A stretch of 64,000 nucleotides of DNA, from positions 19,158,001 to 19,222,000 of the forward strand of contig CP075492.1 of the NCBI GenBank assembly GCA_021613535.1, in the 5' to 3' direction. The stretch comes from Adineta vaga. Its lineage: Eukaryota > Animalia > Rotifera. Shown here one piece after another: positions 39,132-52,831 of the stretch (positions are counted from its first letter, which is position 1; each line of letters begins with the position of its first letter). Position numbers and translations under genes: made by a program. The notes beneath the pieces were generated by a model. It saw nothing but the letters and a program-made list of their open reading frames with translations. It did no database searches and was not told the DNA's origin.

Positions 39132-42100
39132 TTATTTTTTGTTAGTCTTTATCTGTCCTGTCATTTCTTGCTGTTTATTTTCGATCAATCGAACTTTTTC
39201 CGAGTTTGAATTAAATCGTTTCAATAAATGTACCGCCTTTTTGTACACATTTTCAGCTTGTTCGAAGCAATTTGCCCCTGTTGTCTGTCCATTTTTAGCA
39301 TCCAATATGTAGTAGTCGCCCAAAGATTCGTATGTACTAACTAGTTGATTCAATAGTAAGACAGTATCATTTTCTGGCTGTTTTATAGTATGTAGAATAT
39401 CGTCAAATATCGAATCAGGGTCACGAACAAGTGAAAGTATCCAATGCGGTATGTTACTTTTAATTTGTTCACCAATTAAATTCCAGTATTCTTCAGCACC
39501 TTCTAGATCACCACAATCCACAAGATACTTTCCAATACATTCACCTTCATTTATCTTAAAGTTTTCGTCAAAATAATTCTTTTCCATTTTTTGTAATTGA
39601 CGATTTATTTTCATATCACAGATACCCTTGTTATTATCATACTCATTCATAAAATCTGTTGCCAATTTAATTAACAATCTTCGATCGGAAATAGAAAATT
39701 TCTGTAATATATCCATCATTTGTTCAACAATACATTTCCCATCATCATCTTCATAAATATAATTTTTATATAAATTTAAAATATTAAAATAACATGCACC
39801 TTTTGTCATGATGTTATTGGTTTCCTTTAGCAAATCTTTATACTGCTGTAAAGCAATATTTCGTGATTCGTTACTTGTATCATCGTCACCATCCAAATCC
39901 TCAACATTATATATTTCATTTTCACGATACAGAGCAGCTACACTTATTCGCATACGCTCTGTAATATTTGATGTCAAATATCGCTTGCAAACTTCAATAA
40001 TTTGTTGACACTCAATGTTGCCTTCAACAAATACATTGAGAAGCTGATTTACATCGTCGATTAATTCGTTTCGATTTGTAAGAGATTTCGACATATATAA
40101 GCTGAGGGCGGATATATAAGCATTAAAGCTTTCAAGATAAAACGATTTTTGTTTATAAACCAAGCCACATTGAAAAAACGAATCAGCTATATTCAATACT
40201 TCTGATTTTTCGAAATTGTTAGTTTCTCGTAGCTTGTCATTTAGACCATGGAATAATGTCGGTAGAAGACTTATTGTATCGTCTTCTTCAAACCGGTATG
40301 ACTGTTCCATAATAATCTGTTGCTCGTTAAACATACGACAGTGGATATGTCTTTCTTACATTTTTTCGTATATTTTTCATGGCATTCTATATACATATCA
40401 TTATCGCCAAGCTGCAGATAAGCAATCGCCATAGCTCGTAGTCACAAGTGTCATCTAGAAGATCATATTCTATATTATTCGAAATGGGAAATATAAAAAA
40501 CTGTGACTAACCTTTACTATTCACGTTTGTTTCTATTTTGTTGTCATTTCCATTTTCGGCGACACGAGAACTTATAGAAATACTGGTTGAATTTCTATTT
40601 AATCTACTACTAATGGGACGATTAGATGATTCCTCGTCTGAATCATTATCATCACTACTACTCGTAGTTGTTGAAGAATGTTTCTCTGTTTCTTTTGCTC
40701 TTTCTCTAACTTTTGCAAGTTTCTCCTGGATGATTTTTGAGATTTCTCGTTGACCTTTGATTGATTCATTATTTAATATTTTTTCATAATTGCTAATTGC
40801 ACCATCGTATTTATCACATATTGTATTTAAATATGCTAATCGATACAGTGTTGGAAGAATTATTGGTTGTTCAATATTTATAGTCTTTTGTAAATAATCA
40901 AGGGCATTTTCATTATCGTATAAATTTTGATAATATAAACTTAATTGACGATAAAGTAAAACGAGTTGTGCCTTTGTCACCCCTTTATCGTGTTGAGAAA
41001 GTTTCTGACAAATATCTAAAGCTATCTGGAAAATATTTTCATCATCTTGTTCAAAATCAGTTGGAATATTACAATTCAAGTAACAATTGACAAGTTGTTG
41101 TAAATTGTTGATTAATGTAGTTGGATTAATATTGGTCTGAATTAAAAGTGTTTCATCATTGTAATTAAATGCAGACAATGGCAGTTTTGCTTTAAGTAAA
41201 TCATGCATTTTATACATTTCCGTAATAGAATCTTTATAATTCTGTTTTTTCGTATAATAATCAGCTAAATTTTGGTGCATACGGAGTCGAGCCATAAAAA
41301 TGTCCATTGACTCTTTTGAATTGTTTTTTTCCTGACGAAGAGCAATATCACCATCGGATTTCAAACCTTTATTTTCAGCAACATCATATTTTTCTATAGC
41401 AATAGATAATTTATCCAATTTACAATAAATATCACCTATAGCATAACATAGTTTTCTAATTTTCGGATGATTATCTGCTAAATTCAAACTCTGTACTTCT
41501 AGTGCATGCTCATAAAAATCTAATGCTTGACGATATCGCGAGAGTTGAAAGAGACGTTCAGCAATTAGAACTAAAGTAACGGCTAAACTGGGATGATATT
41601 GTGAAAAATTGCGAAGTTTAACTGACATCGATTCTTCGGCAGTAATATCAAATAATTCATAATTTCCTTGTTTTAAACAACACTTAGCTAATGTATCGTA
41701 AACGATTGCTTGTAGACTTATACGTTTTGTATCACTATCATTCCATTTAAAGAGTTAGCAAGTTGTTGTAAGCGTGAAATAATACTGTTTGAATCGATTT
41801 CAATAGAACAGTCGCTTCGAGCTAATTCAATTTCGATCTCTAAGACACGATCTTTTTCGTTCGATGAATTTATTAATTGCAATGTAGCATCAAAATTTTC
41901 GATGGCATCTTTATATTTTCGTTGCTGTTGAAAAATATCGGCTAGTAGTAAATGAGCAATATATAGCATGTTATCCTTTGATTCAGTTAAATATGATATA
42001 GATTTCTTTAAACACACAATTGCTTGATCACGATTATATAATTCGGTATGGAGTAGACCTAGGCAAAAATGTCTAACCATCTGTTTACTTGTAGTACTGT

Positions 42101-44848
42101 TTGATTGAATCACTTCACTAGAATAATAAAAACAATCGGAATTATTGACAAAGTTAAAGATGTATAATTGTTACTTGTCATTTTCACTGTAATATTTATA
42201 TGCTAATTGATAGCTATTATCGATAAAACTTTTCTGTTCAAGAATAAGAGTAGAAAAAGTACTATTGGCAGTTTCAAGCAATAGTTCTTCTAAGCGTGCC
42301 TTATGTTTAAATAATAAAGCATAAGTCCACATATGAATAGCTTTAACGAATTCGTTTTGCGTTGCATAACAAGCACCAATAAATTCATGTAAAAATGCAA
42401 GACTTAATTGTGTTACGGAACTATTCAATTCGAACATATTAGTTTCCTGTTTCTTAATTAATTTTCCAATCAGAGATTGATTAAACCATGTTATTACATC
42501 ATTATATTTTTTATTTTTTCCATAAGCAAGCATAATATTAATATGAGTTTGCATTAATTTTGGATCGCTATCAGGTACAATCTTTTTATATAATTTCAAT
42601 GCTTCGTTATATTTTTCTTGAGCATCTGCTGAAGATTTGTTGATAAATAAGAAATGACCGTAGTTAGTTAGATGTTCTGCTTGAATAAGTGATTGTTCAA
42701 GTTCATCATGAGCAATTTTACTTGATCTTTTCTTGTAAATTTTCTCCGCTTCATTGAAAGTCGATTGTGCTTTATCAAGATTACTCTTCTTATAATGAAC
42801 ATGACCAATATTACTGTAGATAGCGGCAAGATGTTGTTGATTTGAATTGATCTCTCTTATTTGAATTCGTAGTGCTTCAGACAATGTGTCTTCAGCTTCG
42901 TCTACATGTCCTAAACCTACATAGGCTAGGCCAATTTGATTGTGAATATTAGCTAATACATTATTGTTTGAATATTCGAGACGAGCTTGTGTATTAAGTG
43001 CCTGTTTGAACGATTTAATTGCATCACCAAAAAGACCTTGTCGAGCATAAGTCATACCAAGGCAACTATAAATATTTGCAAGACTTGGATCATTAAATAA
43101 AATTCCTTCTTCATCTTCTTGAGCTAAGAGTGAATTCAGATATTTTCGAGCGGCTCTATATTCGCCTAATTCCATCAAATATTGAGCAAGTAGAACAGCT
43201 CGACCTGATGGAGTATTTTTTTCGATCTTTGTACGGATATCATCGATAACTGTTTTATCGATTTCAGAGCCAATAAGTTGGACTCGGTAGAAATTTTCAT
43301 TATTTTTTGGTTCAGTTACCGTATCAACAGTAAATGTTGAACCCATACTAAATAAAGCTTCTTTTTCTTCGGGATGAAATGAGATATCTTCGATATATGC
43401 GAATGCTGTACATGGTTCTTGCGGTTTAATAATAATTTCGAATAAAACGCTTTGATTATCGCCAGAAATGTGTTGTTTCCTAGCGTAACCTTTGGCTATT
43501 TCAATATCCGTTGTTGCTGAAATAAAGCCTACCAGAGATATAAGTTGACCTTTGTGCTGATTTTTCATTTTTTCAAGTTGAGTTTTATTGATATGACCAG
43601 CTCGATAGAATCTATGTTCCGTATCACCGTACTCGTCCTTTCTTGTCTGATACATATATTCGATCATTCGACACAGATCACTTAAGTAATAACGATAGGA
43701 CATTAATAATTCAAAATTTTCAAGACGTAATATTGAATTGATTTGATAATATATATTAGCTTTGTCACATGAATACCACCAAATGGCATTACCGAAATTG
43801 GGTTGATCATCACCTGTCTTTTTTGGTGTCAATTCTTCCTAAAAATAAATGTTTCGAAATAATTTATTTGAAAAATATTATAATAAAACCTGTTCAATAT
43901 CTGTTTTTAAACGATTTCGTTTGTAGGATATTTTAAATAATTCAGCGTAGAGCTTCTTCATATCCCATTCTTGTTTTATCTCAAGTTTACTCTTCTCTTT
44001 CTTTTCCACAGTTGTTTGTAACGATTGCATCAACTTTAAAATAATATTAGCATCAAGTTCAAGATTATTTTCTTGTTTTTTTCGAAGATCAGAAAGGATT
44101 CGTTGAGTATTCTTATCGAAGGATTCTAATGATTTGATACATCTATTTAATAATGCTGACAAATTAACAGTTGATGAATTGCTAATTAATTTATTTAATT
44201 CTTTAATACATTCTTCAATATCTCCAAGTGAACCTGCCGAGTGAATAGAATTGCCATCTATTGTAGTCTTGGTCTTCTATTATACATCAAATCAGAAGTA
44301 TTTGTTTTCCAATTTATACATATATAAACTAGTTAAAAATTTTGATGATAAAAACTTACCTTTTTTGATAGAGCTAATCGTTCGTTTTCGATGTATCGAT
44401 CACATGTGTTCATTAAATCTATTTTAGCTAAATCCATATCGAATTCGACAAAGCGATCATTATCTCGATCATCTTTTCCATCAGCTGTGCGTAAAAATAT
44501 TTCTTTGATACGTCTTAACCATAAATAAGACATTGATTCTTCGCTAAGTTCATTCAATGATTGTTTCTTGCCATCAAACAGTTTCAGAGGTAAAAAACTT
44601 TGGTCAATTATTTCAGAATCTTGAGCATTGGAGCCAGATAAAATAGGAGGAATAACTGGTTTATGAACTGAATTATTGTTACCAACATTTCTAATCAAAC
44701 TAGCCGCTGTTTTGAGACCTATATTAGTTGCATTTCTTGGTCGTGGTATTGGCTTAACATCGTCATGCTCTGGCTTTATACCGAATCTACTACTTGTTGT
44801 AGTTTGAACCTTCGTTAATTTCCCTGTCTGTTTGTAAGCTTTCGACAT
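39132..44848 (-). CDS. Large R-S-E ADP-ribosyltransferase + TPR-array protein (multi-exon, with lesions)
   Basis: AIWWYS..IYYQINSILR, FYRAG, FISATT, PEEKEALF, then many TPRs; introns near 44276-44359, 43839-43888, 42119-42175, 40456-40510; frameshift near 41747, stop/frameshift near 40360-40430. Confidence 0.8.
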
Positions 44849-46473
44849 TTAAAATAAGAATATATGAAGAAAGCTGTTTTATTTGTTGTAAATTGGTATA
44901 CAGACGTCTTATATTATCACAAATGAAGTAAGCGAGAACGAGAACAATCCTGACAGAGAAACGACAAAAAAATGACGTTCTTTAACGTTAAAAGAATATA
45001 TTTATATTCATTAAAAAAATTTTCACTTGAAGAAGAATAGCTGGAACAGCATTGGCTGTTACGAACACGACTTGTTATTTTAAAAAAATGATTCTTTTAA
45101 TTCGTAGAAGTGCGCACTTTTTCGTTGCGTGTCTGTCTTGGGAATTTACACAGTAGCGATTGTTGTTGCCATTGAAATTTAATGAGTTTTATTCTCTACT
45201 CAAGCATTGTTGGAGACATTCTCACTATGGGACAAAATTTCTCTTTAAAATCAGTAAAGCATTTTTTTCTTTTTTTTCTGATACTTTGACGGCAATGCAC
45301 AGAGGAGTTTCAAGGACAAGAATTTTGTTTTGTTTTCCACGAGGGAATTATAAATAAACTATTAATTTATTTCAAACTTTGATAGTTTCTCTATAATAAA
45401 TAAAATCAATAAGATTAGTTGATGAAATAAAATCCTCACAATCAGTATGTATTATTGTATTAAAAATGTTTTGCTAAATTACGTTTTTATCAAAATAAAT
45501 GATATAACCATTTGTCAATATTTAACAGTTCTGATTTTTGTCTTTATTAAGTTTTACTGTCTACTATAGAAATATAATAATTGTAACCATTAAAACAGGT
45601 ATACTATGTCAAACATGTTGCTTTTGCAGTATATATATTATGAACAGAGTTAACACTAGTTTTATCACAACGTTTATTAAATTTATACATCATACAAGTA
45701 ACGAACATAACATCAATGATAATAGCCCTACAGATATGCAAATAAGATTACACATCTTTTCCAGAACACACCGACATTCATTGCAGCGGCTTGCAGATGA
45801 ATTACAGGCGCTGCCTTCTGATAGGAAGAAGAAGGATAGTATAAAATCGATCTAGAAATAGATTTACTGTTTGTAATTTAGGCACATTTAGTATTGCATG
45901 AACATTTTCCAGGAACTATAGGAAAAAGAAATAAGGTTGTCGTAGAAGAAGAGACAGAACTTTCTTCGACAGTTGCAAGGTGTATTGAGAATAAAAGTAG
46001 TTGGTAATAAATCGAAGGTTGATGTATGAATATCAAAGTACGTAGATTAACATATTCATATGAAAGAAAAAACGGGGGTTCTGCATATCCAGAAAGAGAA
46101 TACGAACATAGTTCGGGGGTACTGGTCGAGAGAAAATTAGACGCCTAACAGGATGAAGACCGGGGGAAATAGTGCAATCTCTTTTCGTCTTATTTATGAC
46201 TATATCTCTATTGAAAACAGGGGGAAAAGATAAACAATAACACTTCATCAAAACCATCAGGCTTGTTATTATGCACTGCACTTTTTTGTTTTTCCTTCAT
46301 GTGCTCCCAATCAGACCCCCGAACTATGCTCGTGTTCTCTTACTGCATGTACAGAATCCCCCGGTTTTTTCTTTTCATATATATAGAGAGACTGCCCTAC
46401 GTTCTTTCGATATTCATACATTACTTTCCATACACTGATCATCGATTTACCACCAACTGTTTTTATTCTCAAG

Positions 46474-46775
46474 ATGCCTTGCAACTGTCGAAGTAAGTTC
46501 CACATCTTCTTTTATGATTACTTTACTTTTTCATTTTTTATAGTTACTGGAAAATGTTCATGCAATGCTGAATGTGAAAAAGCAGGCCGATGTGTCTGTA
46601 ATTCTTCATGTGCTTGCATTACAAACAGTAAAATCTATTTTGTTAGATCGATCCTTTTATACTGTTTATGGGTTTTTTTCTCTTTTCAGAAGGCAGTGCT
46701 TGTAATACGCCTGCATGTTGTTGCAATGAATGTCAATGTGTTCCTGAAATATGCAAATGTGGTCAAAAAGAATAA
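46474..46775 (+). CDS. Metallothionein-like protein (62 aa, 17 Cys, 3 exons)
   Basis: Exons 46474-46492, 46544-46627, 46690-46775 give MPCNCRITGKCSCNAECEKAGRCVCNSSCACITNKGSACNTPACCCNECQCVPEICKCGQKE; CxC motifs, no aromatic residues. Confidence 0.85.
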
Positions 46776-47038
46776 AGAAGAAACACAACATATATAACTA
46801 TTCCTTTTTTTCTACTTCATTTATTGTATTCAAGAAAGTTTTTCAATGAATAAAATTGCGTGCACATGAAAAATACTGATTAGCTTTTCCGATCACAGTC
46901 TTGTCGGGATAACTACTTTTGCCATGTCACAAATAGAATTAGTAAAACAAATCGTAGAAAACCGAAGTACAGCTGCATTGCTTGCGTTCGTATTACGAGA
47001 GATGGAACATCTTGTTATCTCATCATTTATTTACCCAA

Positions 47039-47083
47039 TTGAGGGTGTTCTATACTATATTATTCACATTCACATTCACCCTC
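47039..47083. repeat. Telomeric-repeat hairpin mini-element (degenerate)
   Basis: TTGAGGGTG...TTCACATTCACATTCACCCTC. Confidence 0.55.
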
Positions 47084-47695
47084 TAATAAATTATTTAGCC
47101 AAGATAACATCTAAATTAGAGTTATTTGATTCAATCACATTCCTCAAAAGAAATTGATCGATCTTTAATTTGTTTTATTCTAACTATGAAAGAAAAAAAT
47201 TCAAGACATGACGCAGCACTAAAAAGTAGAAAGCATTGAAAAGCAGGAAATAGTTGTATAAATTAAATAAAAAGCTACAGTAGATTAATGAATAATGATA
47301 TTGTGAACTAAGAAACTAATAGAAAATGCTTGTTTATTTGTTCCAGTTTATCGAGTATAATATGGATCAATATTTTGAACACAATTACAACAATTACTAG
47401 TTTGTTGCTAAAAATAAAAATAAGATGAACTCGTTATAAATAAATACTTAATTAATCGATTTATTACTAATTTTCATTGAGATGCTTTACTAGTTGCGCA
47501 CATAAATAACTAATACAAAAATAGCCGATTAGTAATAATTTTCTCGAAGATTCTTTTTGTGATGAGCTCTAATCACATATGAAACATGCAACTCGGAACA
47601 ATAGAAACAAAAATTTAAATTTCGATTATTTTTATAAATATCATTGACTAACTCATTTCTAATCCGTTTAATTGTGTAAATTTCGAAGACTATTT

Positions 47696-48033
47696 TTATA
47701 TCTTACATGATTTTGCATTACAAAATCCTGATTTATAACCAATATAAGTTCCAGGCTTCTCTTCGACATGAACCATTGGATTACAATCACAGGTAGCCCC
47801 TCTATAAGTCCATGCCACACATGTTGGCAATGAGTCACAATGACTGGCACACTCTTCAGCTGTATCGGTTGTTAAGAATAATGGATTCCACGTGTTAGGA
47901 GCATATGTGTGCGCATCGTAAATTCTTGTGTCTACGAGTATTTCACCACATCGTTTCGGAAGTGCGGAAACTACAATTAGAAATGTATAGTTAAACATAC
48001 ATACGATTATGGACAATAAGAAACAATCTTCAT
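47696..48033 (-). CDS. Small secreted PAN/Apple-domain protein
   Basis: ECASHCDSLPTCVAWTYRGATC Apple motif; signal peptide MKIVFLLSII needs one extra T near 48022; intron ~47972-48004. Confidence 0.6.
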
Positions 48034-49224
48034 TCAATATTAAAAGATGGTATATGTATATGATCCCAGTGTTTGTCTCAGCACAAATAATTTCTGAAAA
48101 CATTGTAATAGGTCTTTTTTAAACTGCACTTTTCACCAATAAATTCTGTTTCTAGGACGTCTTCAAATCTTGTTCGGTTACAATTGATGTTTTTAAATAC
48201 AGAATCATGCGAGATTTCAGTAAATACTCTATCAACAATGTTCTCAAGTTTTAAGATCTATGTTTCTATTACTGGATTTTCTAAGTCAAAAGGAGTTAAA
48301 GAATATCTATAGACTCCTCTGAAATACAATTAATTGTGTAATTCAAGAAAACCTACCAGCTGTATCACGTTCGTTAAAATAAAATTGAAGTTTTCTGATC
48401 AGATTTTCGCGTTCATTTGACCTGTCGATGGTATTGCGTAAAGCGAAATTAAGACGACGTAAGAGACGATTTCCATTCGAAGATTTCGCCGCAATCATTG
48501 TAACGACAACCAAGAGTAATATGACAGAGAGAGAGAGGACCTCATGTGTTCGATTGGTTTTCGTATTGAGTAGAGATAAAACTATTCTTGTGCGATATCT
48601 ATATAAGTAAAAATGCTCAATTAAAGATGACATAAAAGTTTTGCATATGAATGAACAAAATCTGCGATCTCGCGAGACTGACGTCGGGACTGGGATGAGA
48701 CCAAAGTTGTCATCTGATCCCGTCAATATCTTTATCCAGTTTTAGATATTGAAAATAAATATCTTCATGTTATTTCTAAAAACAAGCAAATCCATAATTG
48801 CTTCGTTAGGAATATGGAAGTGAATGACGGTACACATCTGATAACCTCCTACTCACACCCATCATATCATAGGTTTATAGAGCTCGACTTTTGTCATCAC
48901 AATATATAGACAATACAATTTTACAAGGACTTTGTGAAATATGAAAAGGCTCGATGCGACTAGTTTTGTTATCCCTCAGTATATCATCCGTTAACTACAT
49001 GATAATAAATCAAGACTAGTTGTGTTTCTCTCAAAAGGCAAACGACATAGCCAGAAATCTACCACTTCGAGAATTTTATAGATTCCTCTTTACTTTTCAA
49101 GAAATAAAAATATTCGTTTAATTACAACGATAAATACTAAATACTAAGCAAGGCAAAAAAAATAGGTTTTCTACTTGCTTCACTTGGTGATAAAATAAAA
49201 TAAGGAGATACCTATATTGTGAAT

Positions 49225-50730
49225 CAGAGACCGGCGGTATGCGGTATCAGTACCGTACCGTACCGGGACGAGACGGTATAGGAAAAAAAAGAAGTAGGGC
49301 GGTACGGTACGGTATGCGGTATGAAAGGGCTATACCGCACTCCCGCGTCTCCACTAGAAGAAGCCTTCTAACTATTATTTTCATTCGCGTTATATGTTGA
49401 AAGAGATTTAGCAAAGCTAATCATGTCCCAGTCTCTTATCCGCATCTGTTTGAATTTCTTATCATTTTATTGATAATGAACTACACTTAATTAGACCCCA
49501 GAAAATCATATAAAGATGTTTAAGAGCCATCGTCATTGTCATATATTAACGACCAATTGAGGTCAACAATTGCTGCAAGAGAACGGGTTTTATCATTTGC
49601 TTTTTGTTTTTTCTCGTGAATATTATTGTTAAATGAAAAGTGCAATCGTCAAACGATTCAAAATTTTATAGAACCTAATGAGACTTAAGATGTTATTCTC
49701 GAGAATCAAAATTACGAAACGCATGCAATTATTTGCTAATAATCATTTGGTTTTTTGTGAGGTTCGATATACATAGTATTTCTGCGGAAAATATTGACTT
49801 TTACTTCACATAAGAACTGCTTTACAACGAGTTCGTATATTTCATGTAGCACTATGTTTCTTAAAAAACATAACTGCGAATCATCTGATCGAAAAACTAT
49901 CTAATTTTACTTTCATCTGAGACCTCATCATCTTCGAAAAATTTGATTGCTGTACATAATCATCCGAGCACTGTTTAATAAATTAATTCTCATTCCTAAG
50001 AAAGAAAAGATCGATTAGTTCAAAAAATATAGAAAGATGTACAACCATTTACTATGATAATGGTTTCGCGATCAGATATTCGCAAGTCAACGGCTTTTTG
50101 ACCCAAACAAGTAAAAATCGATAACTGAAAATTTCGAACAGATCAAGTCAAGTTACATCTCGAAAATCTTCGAGTTGAAGTTATAGTTTAAGTTAAGTCA
50201 CAAGTCATTTGACTCGGCTTAATTTAAATTAATTCGAGACGAAAAACGACTTGGCTTACCATCTTTAGAGTAAATTCACCCTACAAGTTTATCCTATTGT
50301 TCTTAGTTTAAAACTTTAGATAATTTTACGCTCGAAATCAGTACTGGAGTACATGAAACATTTATGTATATTTATATAGTTTTGAATTTGACTTGTTCAT
50401 GTTTTGTTTCCGTAAAACTGCGCAACGTTGCATATAAATTGATAAATTTATGTGTTCTTGGAATTCCTTCTTACGTATGCGCTGATAATTTATTTTATAT
50501 TTTGTTGTCAACATCCATTGAAAAAGTATTCTCTATATGACTCAATAACTCAATAAAACAGATCATAATAGCTTTGGAGAAAACATATAAAAAAATTTCT
50601 GGCGGTACGGTATTTCGCGAGACGGTATACTTCAGTCTCCAGGCGGTAACGGTACGGTACGGTATGATACGAGCGAAAGCGGTACACGGTACGAGACGGT
50701 ATCAAATTTTTGCAATACCGCCGGTCTCTG
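49225..50730. mobile_element. Non-autonomous hAT element with perfect 16-bp TIRs and 8-bp TSD
   Basis: CAGAGACCGGCGGTAT / ATACCGCCGGTCTCTG; TTGTGAAT at 49217-49224 and 50731-50738; subterminal (ACGGT)n. Confidence 0.92.
50130..50270. mobile_element. Remnant of a second MITE nested in the hAT element
   Basis: Clustered CAAGTC/GACTT motifs ending ...GACTTGGCTTACCATCT. Confidence 0.4.
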
Positions 50731-51477
50731 TTGTGAATCGATTATGTGATGAGAGACGATGACTAGTTCTTGTTTTTCTCTTTACATATGCATCGATAAA
50801 ATACTCATTTTATCACAGGTAAAAGTACTGAATAAGGCAATATTCAAAAAAACAACACGTGTTTCTATTCTTACTCTATTGGATGATAAAATAAAATAGA
50901 GGGATACCTATATCGTCAATCGAATGTATAATGGTAAAGGATGAGTATAACTGTGATTTTTCTCTACCTCCACCAAAAGAACATAAAAATACAGGATGAT
51001 GATAGCTGTGACATAAAATTGGTGGTTATTCTTACCGTAGATGAGAATACTCACGGGAAAATATTTAAGTCGCTACCGCTGAAGGACGCGGTTTCAGAAG
51101 AGCTTGATAAGACATAGATTAGTTGCGGTATTCGAGAATCACCATACATTACGATATTATATTTTGCGAACTTTCTATTACAAACTGCGATCTCCTCATT
51201 GTGTACAAAGATATCATTGTTCTAAATGATTTCGTGTTAGTAATATGGTCATATCGCAACAATTTCCATTGATATAATCACAGCTGAAGTTAAAAAAAGA
51301 TATTTCTGATTGAAGTTAGATTCAGTTTTTTTCCCTTGACAAATGAAATGAGACGAAATAAAAAGACTTGTTCTGAAAGTCAAATTGCGAAGAAATTATT
51401 AAAATAAATTCAAATAGACGTTATAGATTAATCTAATATTATATTGGGTGAAAATAGACATGAATACATCTTAAATA

Positions 51478-51771
51478 TACTCAGGCAGACAAAATCGATA
51501 AAAAAACGCGATTCGCGAGAAAAAAAATAACGTTCTTATGTTTGTTTTTTCCAGCAAAACCTTTATTAACTACGTTATAAAATACACTTTTGTGCGCGTA
51601 CAAACGTTGTTATTGCCTATTTTCTGTCGGGAAGAAAAAACATCGTTTATACGGGTACAAAAGTGTATTTTTTAACACGGTAAATATACGTTTTGTTGGG
51701 AAAAACAAACATAAGAACGTGGTTTTTTTCTCGCAAATCGCGTTTTTTTATCGATTTTTTCTGTCTGGGTA
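51478..51771. mobile_element. Fold-back MITE (~130 bp arms, short loop)
   Basis: TACTCAGGCAGA.AAAATCGATAAAAAAACGCGATT... mirrored by ...AATCGCGTTTTTTTATCGATTTTTTCTGTCTGGGTA. Confidence 0.85.
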
Positions 51772-52524
51772 TTATAGTCAGATTTCGTTGAGATGATCAT
51801 TTGTGACAATATGTTCATGAGATAGTAAAAGTTCAGAGATAAAAATAGACACAAATCTGTTTTTTTGAATGATGGAATTAAGATAAGTCTACCGAATAGT
51901 ATTCTCATGCATTCTGAAGTACAAACCTACATATAGGCAGAACTGTAATAATATTTAAAATAGTTAAACTTTGTCGTAACACATGATAACGCAGTTCATC
52001 AACTAAAGATCCTAAAAAATGTATATTTGTGTCCAGAAATGATTTTATTCGAATATATTGTGTTTATAGTTTAATTATCATGACTATGAGTGATAAATAA
52101 GATTTTATATATATCCCGTATAGCACATCATCAACAAGAATATCTCATAAAATTATAAATGAGATATAAATTATTAGGAATTATAAGATTCTTATAAATC
52201 TACTAATAAATGAAACATATCAGTTTAAATGAGAAGATTTTTCAATCACTGATTAGATCAGACTATCATATCTCATATTAGTATGAACATCACCGGACGG
52301 TTAAATGGAATTAGTGGATTGCAATCATTCGATAAGAAGTTCGAATCTAATCAGAAGAAAACAAAATAAAAAATAGATAGTGATATTTTATGAATTGACC
52401 GAAGTGTTAAAGTATCATCTTAAGATAATGGATAGGTTACAAACATAGAAATGTTAAAGATTACCAGATACATGTCAGAAATAATATACCATCGATATGA
52501 TGAATTCATTTTTTTCAAAAACCT

Positions 52525-52680
52525 TTAATAACCACGATTTGAACATACGGCGGTTTCGGGCAGTGTAGAAAAACCTAATAAAACGTCTGACTTTTTCGGT
52601 ACAAAATCACCGTTCAAAGCCGCAAGTAATAAACCGTTAATTACCGCGGTATTTATTGAAAAATTTTTCCGTGGGTAGTG
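52525..52680. mobile_element. Single MITE end
   Basis: CG-rich motif cluster ending AAAATTTTTCCGTGGGTAGTG; no partner end seen. Confidence 0.35.
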
Positions 52681-52831
52681 CGTGAGATGTGTGAATACGA
52701 ATGGATTAGTGAGTTGTTCTATCACACTCTATCATCATAATTGATCGTTTTCAATAGATATCATAATGAATAAGTAGAATTAATCAGTGATTAAGAAAAT
52801 AAGAAAAGGATAAGAAGTATATTTATATTTA

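Noticed and set aside
45110-46870. Metal-response elements for the metallothionein
   Set aside because: Only isolated TGCRCNC matches ~1.3 kb upstream and downstream of the gene; no proximal cluster.
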